64,000 nucleotides of DNA from Clostridia bacterium (GCA_017938445.1 JAGBBN010000012.1:3647-67646); one strand, 5' to 3'; shown: positions 37,474-47,023, counted from the stretch's first letter. Notes: generated from the sequence alone by a model not told the origin. Made by a program: numbers and translations.

Positions 37474-38157
37474 TTAAAGTTGCGAGTTTTTAACTAATCT
37501 CTTTTTATAATATTTCCTGTAAGCAAGTATTTCTGCTAAAACACAAACCGGAATTGCCGCAAAGAAATCTATTATAGAATGTTGTTTTATAAACACAGTA
37601 GACATACAAACAAGTATAACCAAAATAATAACAAAAATTTTCCAAGGAAGCTTTGCGGATTTTTCCTTAAGCCAAGCCGACATAATTCCTATTGAATAAG
37701 CTACATGCAGGGACGGACACACATTAGTATCGGTATCCACGCTGTAGATCAACCCTATAAGGTCGGTAAATACATTATCTCTTGGAAACTCTGTAGGTCT
37801 TAAATCCTGCATATTCGGAAAGGCTATATATATTATCATTGCCGTAACCTGAGTTGTAATAATAAAAATCTGAAAGCTCTTGAAATTTTCCACATTATAA
37901 AGAGCAAAATACACAAGCGTTACAACTATCAACAGATACCACAGCACATAAGGGATAACAAACACTTCACAGAAGGGTATCATATCATCAAGCGGACTGT
38001 GTATTACATAGCAGTCCCTCACAGGTATAAAGTTTTCGGTTATAAAATATAATGCAAAATACCCTATCCATCCAAGAAGATATTTTAAATGAGAAAACTG
38101 CGGATCGTTAATTTTTGAAATACGAAAGGAACGATAATCAACAACCGGCTTTTTCAT
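37474..38157 (-). CDS. PAP2-superfamily membrane phosphatase-like protein
   Basis: Polytopic protein with a CPSLHVAYS motif typical of the PAP2_3 / sphingomyelin-synthase-like branch. Confidence 0.6.
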   Translation of the reverse strand: MKKPVVDYRSFRISKINDPQFSHLKYLLGWIGYFALYFITENFIPVRDCYVIHSPLDDMIPFCEVFVIPYVLWYLLIVVTLVYFALYNVENFKSFQIFIITTQVTAMIIYIAFPNMQDLRPTEFPRDNVFTDLIGLIYSVDTDTNVCPSLHVAYSIGIMSAWLKEKSAKLPWKIFVIILVILVCMSTVFIKQHSIIDFFAAIPVCVLAEILAYRKYYKKRLVKNSQL

Positions 38158-38911
38158 TTTTATTCACCTCTCTTGGGATATTCTTAGGATAATATTTTTT
38201 AGGGATATTTCTGTAAGGAACAACTGTATGCTCAGGTAAATTCCAAGCTCTCTCGGTTATTTCTTTTTTTATATAATTACAGATTCTTTCCCTTTCATCC
38301 TCTATCGGGTTTTCTGCACAAAAGCGAATAGGCTTACAATAATATACCGTTTTTAGCTTTGGAGCTATGTAAGCCGGAACAAAATGAAGTTCTTTACCTG
38401 TCTTTTTATAATATAACTTTGCTATTTCTATGAAATTATTCTCAAAATCATAAATTATATTATTATATTCCTCATTATGCTCAGGAAAAATTACAACATC
38501 TGCTCCCTGCCTTAGCCTGTTTACCGTATTTTTAAAGGTGGAAACAATTCTTCTGTCTCTGTAAACTCCAATGGTGTTTGCATTGTTGAATATGCAAACG
38601 CATAAAGGGGTTATAAGATAGGATAAAATTTTATAAAACCAACGGCTCGTTTTGGGCTTGCCCGACCAAAAATCCTCAAAGGAATATGAAGGCACCTCTT
38701 TCCATTCCATCATCTGCCCTGCGCACCAGGTATAGCTTTTTCGAGGTGGATAAAGCTCACAAATTATAGGCCCGTGCATCTGAGAATGATTTGCCACTAT
38801 AACGGATGACTCGTCAGGTAGATTTTCCGTACCTTCATGCTTGATAGCGGGATAAAACAACCACAGCATCCACCTTAAAAATTTAAAAATTAATGATTTT
38901 TTCTCCTTCAT
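38138..38911 (-). CDS. Lysophospholipid (PlsC-family) acyltransferase-like protein
   Basis: VANHSQMHGP sits where the HX4D motif is expected (the Asp is not obvious). VVIFPEHN resembles the FPEGT block. Overlaps the PAP2 gene by 20 nt. Confidence 0.5.
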   Translation of the reverse strand: MKEKKSLIFKFLRWMLWLFYPAIKHEGTENLPDESSVIVANHSQMHGPIICELYPPRKSYTWCAGQMMEWKEVPSYSFEDFWSGKPKTSRWFYKILSYLITPLCVCIFNNANTIGVYRDRRIVSTFKNTVNRLRQGADVVIFPEHNEEYNNIIYDFENNFIEIAKLYYKKTGKELHFVPAYIAPKLKTVYYCKPIRFCAENPIEDERERICNYIKKEITERAWNLPEHTVVPYRNIPKKYYPKNIPREVNKNEKAGC

Positions 38912-38991
38912 CTAAAACGCCTCGCAGGATAATTTCCATTATTATCCTATGCCCAAAATGTTAATAAATCATCAACAATTTTTAACAAAAA

Positions 38992-40014
38992 TCAAAAATC
39001 CAGTCTTGATATCATTTCTTCTATACCCTTTTCCTCTGGGCAGAATTCATGAACACCCTTAAATACATTGAACTGAACATTTTCTGACGGCTTATAATTA
39101 TCCCTTACGATTTCAAATTCCTCTGTAGCCAACCCTGCATCAAATAGTTCATCGTTATCTCCAACCTCTATTCGCAAAAATCGAGGGCTTACAAGAAGGG
39201 CAACCTGAGGGTCAAGGAAATTAAGAGCCGCTCCCTTCCATACCTTATCATACCAGTTATAAACTAATCTGTTATTAAAATGACTTGAAGCAAGCGCGGA
39301 TTTAATTCTTGTCTCGGCAGCGGCGGTATAAAGGGTGTAAAAACCGCCATAGGATAATCCTGCCATACCGAAGCTTTTATTACAGTAGGGCTGCTGTTCG
39401 AAATAATCGAGGCATCTTGATATACTGTATATCTCTAAAGCCGCTATTGAACCGCCAAGCTGTTTTAAAATATTATCTATATCAGCTCTTTTATTATCAG
39501 GACCAAATCTTTCCTTATTCCACAAAAGCATTTGAGGAGCAAATACATTTACACCTCTACTGAAGATACGCATAGACATATCATTATAGTTTTCACTATC
39601 AAAAAAGCTACTGCATACTTCAGGAGTTCCCTGTCCTCCGTGCTGTGAAATAACCAGTGGCAAAGCTTTTTCGGTTTTATGCCTTAAGAGTATTCCGTAA
39701 AATTTATAATCGGAGAAAAGCTCGAACTGCATTCTGTAAAAAACGCATTCCTCATTTTCGAAAATTTTATTTTCAGTTGCACTTAAAATGGGCTTTTTCT
39801 CCTCATTTAAAGGCCAACCCAACATATCAAGATATTTTTTACGATATTCTTCTGTATTTTCAGTAATCTGCGCAGTGAACTTTTTTCTTGTTTTGGCGCA
39901 CTCATCTTTTCTTTGTTCAATAAGTTTTTCTATACCTTTCATATATGTAAAACGATAACCGTTACCATAAGCTTCAGGTTCATTATATATACCTGATATC
40001 TTCTTTTCGTACAT
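38992..40014 (-). CDS. Alpha/beta hydrolase (acetyl-xylan-esterase / dienelactone-hydrolase-like)
   Basis: Nucleophile elbow GLSYGG, HGG oxyanion-type motif (SQHGGQG) and a C-terminal His (GVHEF). Confidence 0.55.
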   Translation of the reverse strand: MYEKKISGIYNEPEAYGNGYRFTYMKGIEKLIEQRKDECAKTRKKFTAQITENTEEYRKKYLDMLGWPLNEEKKPILSATENKIFENEECVFYRMQFELFSDYKFYGILLRHKTEKALPLVISQHGGQGTPEVCSSFFDSENYNDMSMRIFSRGVNVFAPQMLLWNKERFGPDNKRADIDNILKQLGGSIAALEIYSISRCLDYFEQQPYCNKSFGMAGLSYGGFYTLYTAAAETRIKSALASSHFNNRLVYNWYDKVWKGAALNFLDPQVALLVSPRFLRIEVGDNDELFDAGLATEEFEIVRDNYKPSENVQFNVFKGVHEFCPEEKGIEEMISRLDF

Positions 40015-40066
40015 AAAAACTCCTCCAAACAGTTAACTGCCCATAGTTACACTATGGGCAATTATA

Positions 40067-40095
40067 ATTATACAACTTATACTTTAATTTTTCAA
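40067..40095 (-). promoter_or_regulatory. SigmaA-type promoter of the hydrolase gene
   Basis: Minus strand TTGAAA-17 nt-TATAAT. The 5' UTR contains a TGCCCATAG/CTATGGGCA hairpin and a GGAGGAG SD. Confidence 0.55.
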
Positions 40096-40132
40096 TAGCT
40101 TCAGCGTTAATATATTTACAGCAAAACTTTCT

Positions 40133-40178
40133 GTAAAAAGCAAAATCGACAAGTCTCACGGGAAACTTATCGATTTTG
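40133..40178 (-). terminator. Hairpin with a T-run on the minus strand only
   Basis: CAAAATCGA.AAGT-10 nt-ACTT.TCGATTTTG followed on the minus strand by CTTTTTAC. Confidence 0.5.
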
Positions 40179-40243
40179 AAAAGGTTGTACGAATTCGGTG
40201 TCCTTTTTTGACCTATGTGTTCGAACCCCTACATATTAAATCA

Positions 40244-40443
40244 CACCGCAGGTGTGAATGTAATCAATGCGAAGCATTGTATGTAATTGCAACGAAAGTT
40301 GCGTATGTAATTAAGACGAAGAAATGCACCTTGCGGTGATGACATACACGCTAAAGCGTGATTGCATTCCGCTATCACGGATTACATACCAAGCCTTCGG
40401 CTTGGATAAAAATAAGACAGTCCAAAGACTGTCTTATTTTTTG
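40244..40443. ncRNA. Candidate structured RNA or repeat element (strand unresolved, plus favoured)
   Basis: ORF-free array of short hairpins with a conserved ATGTAAT linker, a 9-bp long-range helix GTATGTAAT/ATTACATAC, a possible TTGACC-18-CATATT promoter (40208-40237) and a strong terminator at the 3' end. Confidence 0.3.
40411..40443. terminator. Bidirectional intrinsic terminator (ends the tRNA operon on the minus strand)
   Basis: AATAAGACAGTC-caaa-GACTGTCTTATT with T-runs on both strands. Confidence 0.8.
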
Positions 40444-40516
40444 GCAGGGGTAGAAGGACTCGAACCCTCACAAACGGTTTTGGAGACCGGTGTGCTACCA
40501 TTGACACCATACCCCT
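40442..40516 (-). tRNA. tRNA-Trp (anticodon CCA)
   Basis: Reverse complement AGGGGTATGGTGTCAATGGTAGCACACCGGTCTCCAAAACCGTTTGTGAGGGTTCGAGTCCTTCTACCCCTGCCA folds as a cloverleaf with anticodon loop CT-CCA-AA and an encoded CCA end. Confidence 0.9.
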
Positions 40517-40551
40517 ATATTTTTAATCAATGCAAAAAAATATGCTTATTT

Positions 40552-40628
40552 TGGTGGACCAGCAGGGACTCGAACCCCGGACCGACCGGTTATGAGCCGG
40601 TTGCTCTAACCAACTGAGCTACTGGTCC
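40552..40628 (-). tRNA. tRNA with anticodon CAT (Met-type; body resembles lysidine-modified tRNA-Ile2)
   Basis: Reverse complement GGACCAGTAGCTCAGTTGGTTAGAGCAACCGGCTCATAACCGGTCGGTCCGGGGTTCGAGTCCCTGCTGGTCCACCA. The GGACC acceptor and GGTTAGAGCA D-arm look like Firmicute tRNA-Ile2 as I recall it. The Met versus Ile2 choice is unresolved. Confidence 0.85.
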
Positions 40629-40643
40629 AAATAAGCAAAGATT

Positions 40644-40671
40644 ATTATACCATAAATAAAGTTTTTGTCAA
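40644..40671 (-). promoter_or_regulatory. Consensus sigmaA promoter of the tRNA pair
   Basis: Minus strand TTGACA-16 nt-TATAAT, about 15 nt upstream of the tRNA 5' end. Confidence 0.65.
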
Positions 40672-40702
40672 TAGGAAAAATGAAAGTTTGAATAAAAATT
40701 TT

Positions 40703-41566
40703 TTAATTTTTCGGCACTGTTTCTTTGATGAATTTTTTAATTTCCTCAAGTTGTCTTTGAGCCGTTTGCCTTCCTATTTCATAAACCCTTTTCATATTGT
40801 CCGGGTTATGCTCTATATGCCCTATTTCAAGAGCGGCTTCGGGACGGATTACAAGGCAATTTCCTTGCGTTTCCCTTTGCCTTACATAATCAAGGGTCTC
40901 GTTATAACCTATATGCCTTTTAGCAAGAGCATCGATTAGCTTAGGATATTTCCTCAATACAAATTTTGCAATGGACAATGTTTTATTTTTACCCTTAACA
41001 TATCCGTTAGGTTGGGTTAGAACAACTATATTTTTCTCATATCCTATACCCTCAAAAAATTTAAGGGGTATGGAATCGGCAACACCGCCATCAAGCAACT
41101 TATATCCTCCAACCTCAACCACGGTTGAAACCAAGGGCATTGAGGCGGAAGCTCGCATCCACTCTATATCATCGCCCTTGCCCTCTTCGCACTTTTTATA
41201 TACTGCCTTTCCCGTAAGCACATCGGTACAAACAACATAAAATTCCATAGGCGAGTTTTTATAAGTATCAACATCAAAAATGTCGAGCTTTTCGGGGATA
41301 TCGTGATAGCAAAGCTTCTCCCCGTAAAGATTACCCGTTTTAAAGAGTGAACGGAAGCTACAGTATCTTTTATCCCTTGCAAATCTCATATTATAACGGA
41401 TAACACGGCCCGCCTGCTTCGATTTATAATTGCATCCGAATACTGCGCCTGCAGATACGCCTATTGCACCGTCAAGCTCGATACCGTTTTCAAGCAACAC
41501 ATCGATAACGCCTGCAGTAAACATACCACGCATTGCGCCGCCCTCTAAAACCAAACCTATTTTCAT
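40703..41566 (-). CDS. Patatin-like phospholipase
   Basis: GGAMRG oxyanion motif, GVSAGA (GxSxG) and a DGG catalytic Asp. Confidence 0.85.
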   Translation of the reverse strand: MKIGLVLEGGAMRGMFTAGVIDVLLENGIELDGAIGVSAGAVFGCNYKSKQAGRVIRYNMRFARDKRYCSFRSLFKTGNLYGEKLCYHDIPEKLDIFDVDTYKNSPMEFYVVCTDVLTGKAVYKKCEEGKGDDIEWMRASASMPLVSTVVEVGGYKLLDGGVADSIPLKFFEGIGYEKNIVVLTQPNGYVKGKNKTLSIAKFVLRKYPKLIDALAKRHIGYNETLDYVRQRETQGNCLVIRPEAALEIGHIEHNPDNMKRVYEIGRQTAQRQLEEIKKFIKETVPKN

Positions 41567-41570
41567 AAGG

Positions 41571-42041
41571 CTATCTCCCTTCCGTTAATTTGCAAAGTAG
41601 GCCTTTACAGCCCTCATAAATATCATTATAAGCGGCTTCAAAATCACCGCTGTACCAAGGGTCAGCAACATCGCCGCTCTCCCCTGCCCAGCTCATAAGC
41701 TTTGATAGTTTTTTATCCTTATCGCTACCCAAAATTGCAATGGCATTTCTTATGTTTCGCTCATCCATACAAATAAGGTAATCATAGCTTTCATAATCGT
41801 TTTTTGTAAGCCGAACCGCTCTTTTACCGTCACAGAAAATGCCGTGTTTTTCAAGTATACGCCTTGCAGGAGGATAAACAGGGTTACCTATTCCACCATA
41901 GATTTCCTCTGTACTGGTGGCAGAGGAGGTTATATAAAATTCATCGGATAATCCGCTTTTTCCTACCATATCTTTGAGAATAAACTCTGCCATAGGACTG
42001 CGGCAGATATTGCCGTGGCATACGAACATTATTTTTATCAT
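41571..42041 (-). CDS. Low-molecular-weight protein-tyrosine phosphatase
   Basis: MIKIMFVCHGNICRSPMAE (CX5RS P-loop with Ile) and DPWY general-acid motif. The tracked ORF extension to 42086 was rejected. Confidence 0.85.
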   Translation of the reverse strand: MIKIMFVCHGNICRSPMAEFILKDMVGKSGLSDEFYITSSATSTEEIYGGIGNPVYPPARRILEKHGIFCDGKRAVRLTKNDYESYDYLICMDERNIRNAIAILGSDKDKKLSKLMSWAGESGDVADPWYSGDFEAAYNDIYEGCKGLLCKLTEGR

Positions 42042-42154
42042 ATTAAAATTCACCCAATTAAATTTTATCACAAAAAAGGCTATCATTCAATACTTGACTG
42101 CAACTGCCGCTTATGTTAATATCAAATTACCGTATATTTATAGGAGATAAATTT

Positions 42155-42808
42155 TTGAGATATAATAATATTATAAAGGCTAAATTTATAAAAAGAATTA
42201 ACCGCTTTATAGCCGAGGTTAACATCGGTGGTGTAACAGAAACTGTTCATGTAAAAAATACGGGGCGCTGCAAGGAGCTTTTACTGACCGATAGCACCGT
42301 TATTTTAGAAGCTTCCGATAATCCACTAAGAAAAACCAAATATGACCTTATCGCTGTTTATAAGAAAGGCTTAGGACTTGTTAATATTGACAGTCAGGCT
42401 CCTAACAAAGCGGTATACGAATGGCTTTTAAAAAAAGATTATTCATATATAAGACAAGAGTTTACCTATGGTAAATCAAGAATTGATTTTTATATGGAAA
42501 AGGAAGATAAAAAATATCTTTTAGAGGTAAAGGGCTGCACTCTGGAGATTGACGGCACAGGTTATTTCCCCGATGCTCCCACTGAGCGTGGAGTTAAGCA
42601 TCTGAGAGAATTAACCAAAGCGCAAAGTGAAGGATTTCATTGTGCCGTTGCCTTTGTTATACAAATGGAAGGAATAAACGAGGTGCTTCCAAATATCGAA
42701 ACCCACGCTGAATTTGGTGTCGCACTCGAGGAAGCAAAAAAGTCAGGTGTTAAAGTGTTATTCTTAAAATGCGCCGTAACACCCGATAGCCTTGAAATTA
42801 TAAATTAG
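42155..42808 (+). CDS. sfsA: Sugar fermentation stimulation protein SfsA (nuclease-fold DNA-binding protein)
   Basis: KAKFIKRINRFIAEV...HVKNTGRCKELL...EVKGCTL. TTG start 8 nt after AGGAGA. Promoter TTGACT-17-TAATAT upstream. Confidence 0.8.
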   Translation: MRYNNIIKAKFIKRINRFIAEVNIGGVTETVHVKNTGRCKELLLTDSTVILEASDNPLRKTKYDLIAVYKKGLGLVNIDSQAPNKAVYEWLLKKDYSYIRQEFTYGKSRIDFYMEKEDKKYLLEVKGCTLEIDGTGYFPDAPTERGVKHLRELTKAQSEGFHCAVAFVIQMEGINEVLPNIETHAEFGVALEEAKKSGVKVLFLKCAVTPDSLEIIN

Positions 42809-42818
42809 GAGAATTTAA

Positions 42819-43553
42819 ATGTTTAACCCTGAAAAAATTAAAAACGAATGTGTCCACTGGATAAGAGATTTCTTCGATAAAAACGGTAAGGACTGTAACG
42901 CCGTTATAGGAATTTCGGGCGGAAAGGATAGCTCGATTGCCGCCGCTCTTTGCGTAGAGGCTCTTGGCAAGGATAGGGTTATCGGCGTTCTTATGCCCTG
43001 CGGCGAACAGCATGATATTGACTGCGCCTATGCCCTTGTAAATCACTTAGGCATTAAGTATTATGTAATTAATGTTAAAGACTCTATTGAGGGGTTAAAA
43101 AACAGTTTTCCGGATAATCTAACCCTATCAACTCAAGCCCTTACAAATCTGCCACCGAGAATTCGAATGTCCACCCTATATGCAGTTTCACAAAGCGTTA
43201 ACGGCAGAGTTGTTAACACCTGTAATCTCTCTGAAGACTGGGTTGGTTACTCCACCCGTTACGGTGATGCGGCAGGTGATTTTAGTCCCCTTTCCAACCT
43301 TACAGTTGCAGAAATCAAACAAATCGGATCACTTTTAGGTTTGCCTGATGAATTGGTTAACAAGGTTCCTATTGACGGACTTTGCGGCAAAACAGACGAG
43401 GAAAATTTAGGCTTTACCTATGCCGAGCTTGACCGATATATCAGAACAGGCGAAATTGATGATAAAGCTAAAAAGGCAAGAATTGATGAGCTTCACAAAA
43501 GAAATCTTTTCAAGCTTCAATTGATGCCATCATTTAAACCGTCCGAAGTATAA
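42819..43553 (+). CDS. nadE: Ammonia-dependent NAD+ synthetase
   Basis: PP-loop GISGGKDSS, plus the NLSEDWVGYSTRYGD and FTYAELD motifs. Confidence 0.9.
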   Translation: MFNPEKIKNECVHWIRDFFDKNGKDCNAVIGISGGKDSSIAAALCVEALGKDRVIGVLMPCGEQHDIDCAYALVNHLGIKYYVINVKDSIEGLKNSFPDNLTLSTQALTNLPPRIRMSTLYAVSQSVNGRVVNTCNLSEDWVGYSTRYGDAAGDFSPLSNLTVAEIKQIGSLLGLPDELVNKVPIDGLCGKTDEENLGFTYAELDRYIRTGEIDDKAKKARIDELHKRNLFKLQLMPSFKPSEV

Positions 43554-43555
43554 TA

Positions 43556-43582
43556 AAACCCCACTGATAAACAGTGGGGTTT
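43556..43582. terminator. Bidirectional terminator between nadE and the DUF1622 gene
   Basis: AAACCCCACTG-ataaa-CAGTGGGGTTT. Confidence 0.75.
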
Positions 43583-43585
43583 AAT

Positions 43586-43921
43586 TTATACCTTTTTTCT
43601 TTCGGTTGTCTTCATCTCAAAATGGATAAGAACGCTGAGCAGAGCACGAAGCAGTATCACCGCTCCCAAAACCAAAAGCTCACTCATCTCACGGATAAGC
43701 ACAGTTTTTAGTATCTCCGCCGCCATCTTAAACTCAAGGCCTGTTGCAAGGCCGTTGGCAAGATGAAACTGCAAATCGTTATTTTTATGCTTAAAGGTGT
43801 TCTGTAAATATTCCCAAAAAGCCGACAGCCCACTCCAACCTACAACAAAAATTCCCATTATTTCGAGAATTGATATTATAAAGGGAAGTGTTTTATCGAT
43901 AAGTTCTTCGAGAATATTCAT
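43586..43921 (-). CDS. DUF1622-family small membrane protein
   Basis: Three TM segments with LATGLEFKMAAEILKTV, resembling the DUF1622 core. Lies 4 nt downstream of aspS. Confidence 0.6.
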   Translation of the reverse strand: MNILEELIDKTLPFIISILEIMGIFVVGWSGLSAFWEYLQNTFKHKNNDLQFHLANGLATGLEFKMAAEILKTVLIREMSELLVLGAVILLRALLSVLIHFEMKTTERKKV

Positions 43922-43925
43922 AAAA

Positions 43926-45707
43926 TCAGTCCTCTTCCATCACCGCTATAGCTAAATCTTCAAGCTGCTTTTCATCAACGGCTGAGGGAGCACCCGACAT
44001 AAGCTCTGCCGAGGTTGCAACCTTGGGGAATGCGATTACATCACGGATAGAATCACTTCCGGTCATAATCATAGTAAGTCGGTCAAGACCGATACCCATA
44101 CCGCCGTGAGGAGGTGCACCGTATTTGAAAGCATTGGTTAAGAAACCGAATTTTGTTTCTGCCTCTTCGTCACTAAGACCTAATGCCGAGAACATCTTAC
44201 GCTGAAGCTCAGGGTCGGTTATTCTTATAGAACCGCTTGAAAGCTCAACACCGTTGAGAACAAGGTCATATGCCTTTGCATAAACCTTTTCAGGATTAAT
44301 ATCAAGATAAGGAATGCTTTCATCGAGAGGAGAAGTGAAGGGATGATGCATTGCATCCCAGTTACCTGTTTCTTCATTATATTCAAAGAAGGGGAATTCG
44401 GTTATCCAGAGGAAATTGTAACCCTCAGGAATAATATCAAGCTTCTTTGCAACGGTGAGACGTAATGCGCCGAGAACAGGAAGTGTTACCTTCTTTTTGT
44501 CGGCAACGATTAAAGCAACGTCTCCCTTTTCCATATTAAGACGCTCTAAAATCTGTGCCATTTCATCCTCTGTCATAAATTTAGCAAAGGAGCAGTTGGG
44601 TGTATCCTCACTCCAACGGATAAATGCCAGTCCCTTAGCGCCGATACCCTTAGCCTCTTCGGTAAGCTTATCAATTTCCTTACGGGTGTAAACGGAAGCG
44701 GCATTTTTTGCATTGATAGCCCTTACGGTACCGCCGTTTTTAACCGTATCTGCAAACACGCCGAAGCCACAGTTTTCAACGATATCCGAAAGGTCGGTTA
44801 TCTTCATTTCAAAACGGGTGTCAGGTTTATCCGAGCCGTACATTTCCATTGCATCGTTATAGCGTAATCTCGGCAGAGGAAGCGGAATTTCAGTATCCAT
44901 AACCTCGCTGAATAAACGCTTAATATATCCCTCAGCGATTTGGAAAACATCCTCCATCTCAACAAAGGACATCTCTAAGTCTATCTGAGTAAACTCAGGC
45001 TGACGGTCAGCTCTCAAATCCTCGTCACGATAGCAACGGGCAAGCTGAATATATCTATCAAACCCTGCAAGCATAAGAATCTGCTTATACATCTGGGGAG
45101 ACTGAGGCAAAGCAAAGAATTTGCCCTTATGAACACGGGAAGGAACAAGATAGTCTCTCGCACCCTCAGGGGTTGATTTAACCATAGTGGGTGTTTCAAT
45201 CTCGATAAAGCCGTTTTCATCAAAATAATCTCTTGTAACCTTGGCTATCTTATGGCGCATAAGTATATTTTTCTGCAAGGAAGCACGTCTTAAATCAAGA
45301 TAACGGTATTTCAGTCTCAATTCTTCCTTAGCGGCAGTATCGTCAAGAATTTCAAAGGGAGTGGTTTCTGACTGGCCTAATATTTTAAGACAGGTAACCT
45401 CTATTTCGATATCACCCGTAGGAATATCCTTATTTACTGAGGAACGGGCTCTTACCTTTCCCTTTGCCATAACAACATATTCGCTATGCAAGGAAGCCGC
45501 CTTTTCAAATACAGCTCTATCGGTATTATCGTCAAAAGCCAGCTGAATTATACCTGTTCTATCTCTTAAATCAACAAATATAAGACCGCCTAAATCTCTC
45601 TGGCGCTGTACCCATCCGCAGACTACAGTTTCCTTACCTATATCTCCGGAGCGTAAATTACCGCAATAATCGGTACGCTTCATTCCGTTCATTCTGTCAA
45701 GTGTCAT
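43926..45707 (-). CDS. aspS: Aspartate--tRNA ligase
   Basis: KRTDYCGNLR, GWVQRQRDLGGLIFVDLRD, FFALPQSPQ, FTQIDLEMSF, GGMGIGLDRL. Confidence 0.95.
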   Translation of the reverse strand: MTLDRMNGMKRTDYCGNLRSGDIGKETVVCGWVQRQRDLGGLIFVDLRDRTGIIQLAFDDNTDRAVFEKAASLHSEYVVMAKGKVRARSSVNKDIPTGDIEIEVTCLKILGQSETTPFEILDDTAAKEELRLKYRYLDLRRASLQKNILMRHKIAKVTRDYFDENGFIEIETPTMVKSTPEGARDYLVPSRVHKGKFFALPQSPQMYKQILMLAGFDRYIQLARCYRDEDLRADRQPEFTQIDLEMSFVEMEDVFQIAEGYIKRLFSEVMDTEIPLPLPRLRYNDAMEMYGSDKPDTRFEMKITDLSDIVENCGFGVFADTVKNGGTVRAINAKNAASVYTRKEIDKLTEEAKGIGAKGLAFIRWSEDTPNCSFAKFMTEDEMAQILERLNMEKGDVALIVADKKKVTLPVLGALRLTVAKKLDIIPEGYNFLWITEFPFFEYNEETGNWDAMHHPFTSPLDESIPYLDINPEKVYAKAYDLVLNGVELSSGSIRITDPELQRKMFSALGLSDEEAETKFGFLTNAFKYGAPPHGGMGIGLDRLTMIMTGSDSIRDVIAFPKVATSAELMSGAPSAVDEKQLEDLAIAVMEED

Positions 45708-45721
45708 TAAAATACCTTCTT

Positions 45722-47023
45722 TTATAATGTTTCAGCTATTTGCTCGAAAATTTTAGTTCTTATCTCTTCGCCTAATTCTTCGCTTATTTCATCTAAGGCT
45801 ATTTCTCTTTCGTTGCCCTTTTCCATATCCTTAAGCTTGGCTTTACCTGAGGATATTTCATCGTCCCCTAAAACCATAGAGAATTTTGCACCGATTTTGT
45901 TGGCATATTTCATCTGAGCCTTAAGTCCTCTTGCACAGATATCGGTTTGAGCTTTAAGACCGTCATTACGCAAAACTGCGCAAAGCTCGGTTGCCTTTAA
46001 TGCCGCATTTTCACCCATAGCCGCAATGTAAATATCGGGGGTGTGGGCATCAGGCAACTCAACGCCCTTATTGTTAATAGCAAGCATCAGTCTCTCTATT
46101 CCCATAGCAAATCCGAGGGACGGAACTGAAGGTCCTCCCATCTGGGAAATAAGACCATCATACCTTCCGCCTCCGCATACTGTGGACTGAGCACCTATAT
46201 CGCCCGATACAAACTCAAAAACAGTTCTTGTATAATAATCAAGACCTCTTACAATATGGGGATTTATCTTATACTCAATTCCTGCCGCAGAAAGATGCGC
46301 TTTAACGCCCTCAAAATGCTCTGCACAGTCATCACAAAGATAATCTATTACAACAGGAGCATCAGCGGCTATACCCGAACAAATGGGAGATTTACAGTCA
46401 AGAATACGCATTGGATTACGCTCTAATCTATCCTTACAGGTATCGCAAAGCTCATCGGTTTTTGCAGTGAAATACTCTTTTAATGCCGCATGGTACTTTT
46501 TACGGCACTCGGGACAACCAATAGAGTTTATTTCCAAGGATATATCATCAATACCTAAATTGCACAAAATCTGCCTTGCAAGGGAGATAACCTCAGCATC
46601 GGCGGAAGGAGCTGCCGCACCCATACATTCAACACCGAACTGATGAAACTCTCTGAGTCTTCCAGCCTGAGGCTTCTCATAACGGTAGCATCCGCCTATG
46701 TAGCAAACCTTAACAGGCAATGCACCGTTAACAAGGCCGTTTTCTATTGAACTGCGGATAACTCCTGCAGTCAACTCAGGACGAAGTGTAATCGACCTTC
46801 CGCCCTTATCATCAAAGGTATACATTTCCTTCTGTACAACATCGGTTGTATCCCCAACACTGCGGAGGAAAACCTCGGTATGCTCAAAAACGGGAACTCT
46901 TATCTCCTTAAAACCGTAAAGCTCGGCGGTTTCAAGCATCTTCGACTCAACGAACTGCCATTTATGACTGTCCGAAGGTAAAATATCATTAGTGCCTTTA
47001 ACGGCACGGTTAATCTCTGCCAT
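45722..47023 (-). CDS. hisS: Histidine--tRNA ligase
   Basis: KGTNDILP, YRYEKPQAGRLREFHQFGVE, GGGRYDGL, GFAMGIERL. Confidence 0.95.
   Translation of the reverse strand: MAEINRAVKGTNDILPSDSHKWQFVESKMLETAELYGFKEIRVPVFEHTEVFLRSVGDTTDVVQKEMYTFDDKGGRSITLRPELTAGVIRSSIENGLVNGALPVKVCYIGGCYRYEKPQAGRLREFHQFGVECMGAAAPSADAEVISLARQILCNLGIDDISLEINSIGCPECRKKYHAALKEYFTAKTDELCDTCKDRLERNPMRILDCKSPICSGIAADAPVVIDYLCDDCAEHFEGVKAHLSAAGIEYKINPHIVRGLDYYTRTVFEFVSGDIGAQSTVCGGGRYDGLISQMGGPSVPSLGFAMGIERLMLAINNKGVELPDAHTPDIYIAAMGENAALKATELCAVLRNDGLKAQTDICARGLKAQMKYANKIGAKFSMVLGDDEISSGKAKLKDMEKGNEREIALDEISEELGEEIRTKIFEQIAETL

Noticed and set aside
40214-40235. GTGTTCGAACCCCTAC resembles a tRNA T-arm (GTTCGAA), which could suggest a tRNA pseudogene.
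   Set aside because: No complementary T-stem, acceptor stem or anticodon arm can be drawn around it on either strand.
40242-40312. The repeated ATGTAAT linker with intervening hairpins might be a tiny CRISPR-like array.
   Set aside because: The units are ~22 nt. The conserved part is 7 nt, and it is the variable parts that are palindromic, which is the opposite of repeat-spacer logic. There are no cas genes in the window.
40703-42041. Patatin-like phospholipase next to a phosphatase as a possible CBASS- or defence-type effector pair.
   Set aside because: There is no cyclase, sensor, NTPase or other defence partner. The patatin is a plain single-domain protein with housekeeping neighbours (sfsA, nadE, tRNAs).
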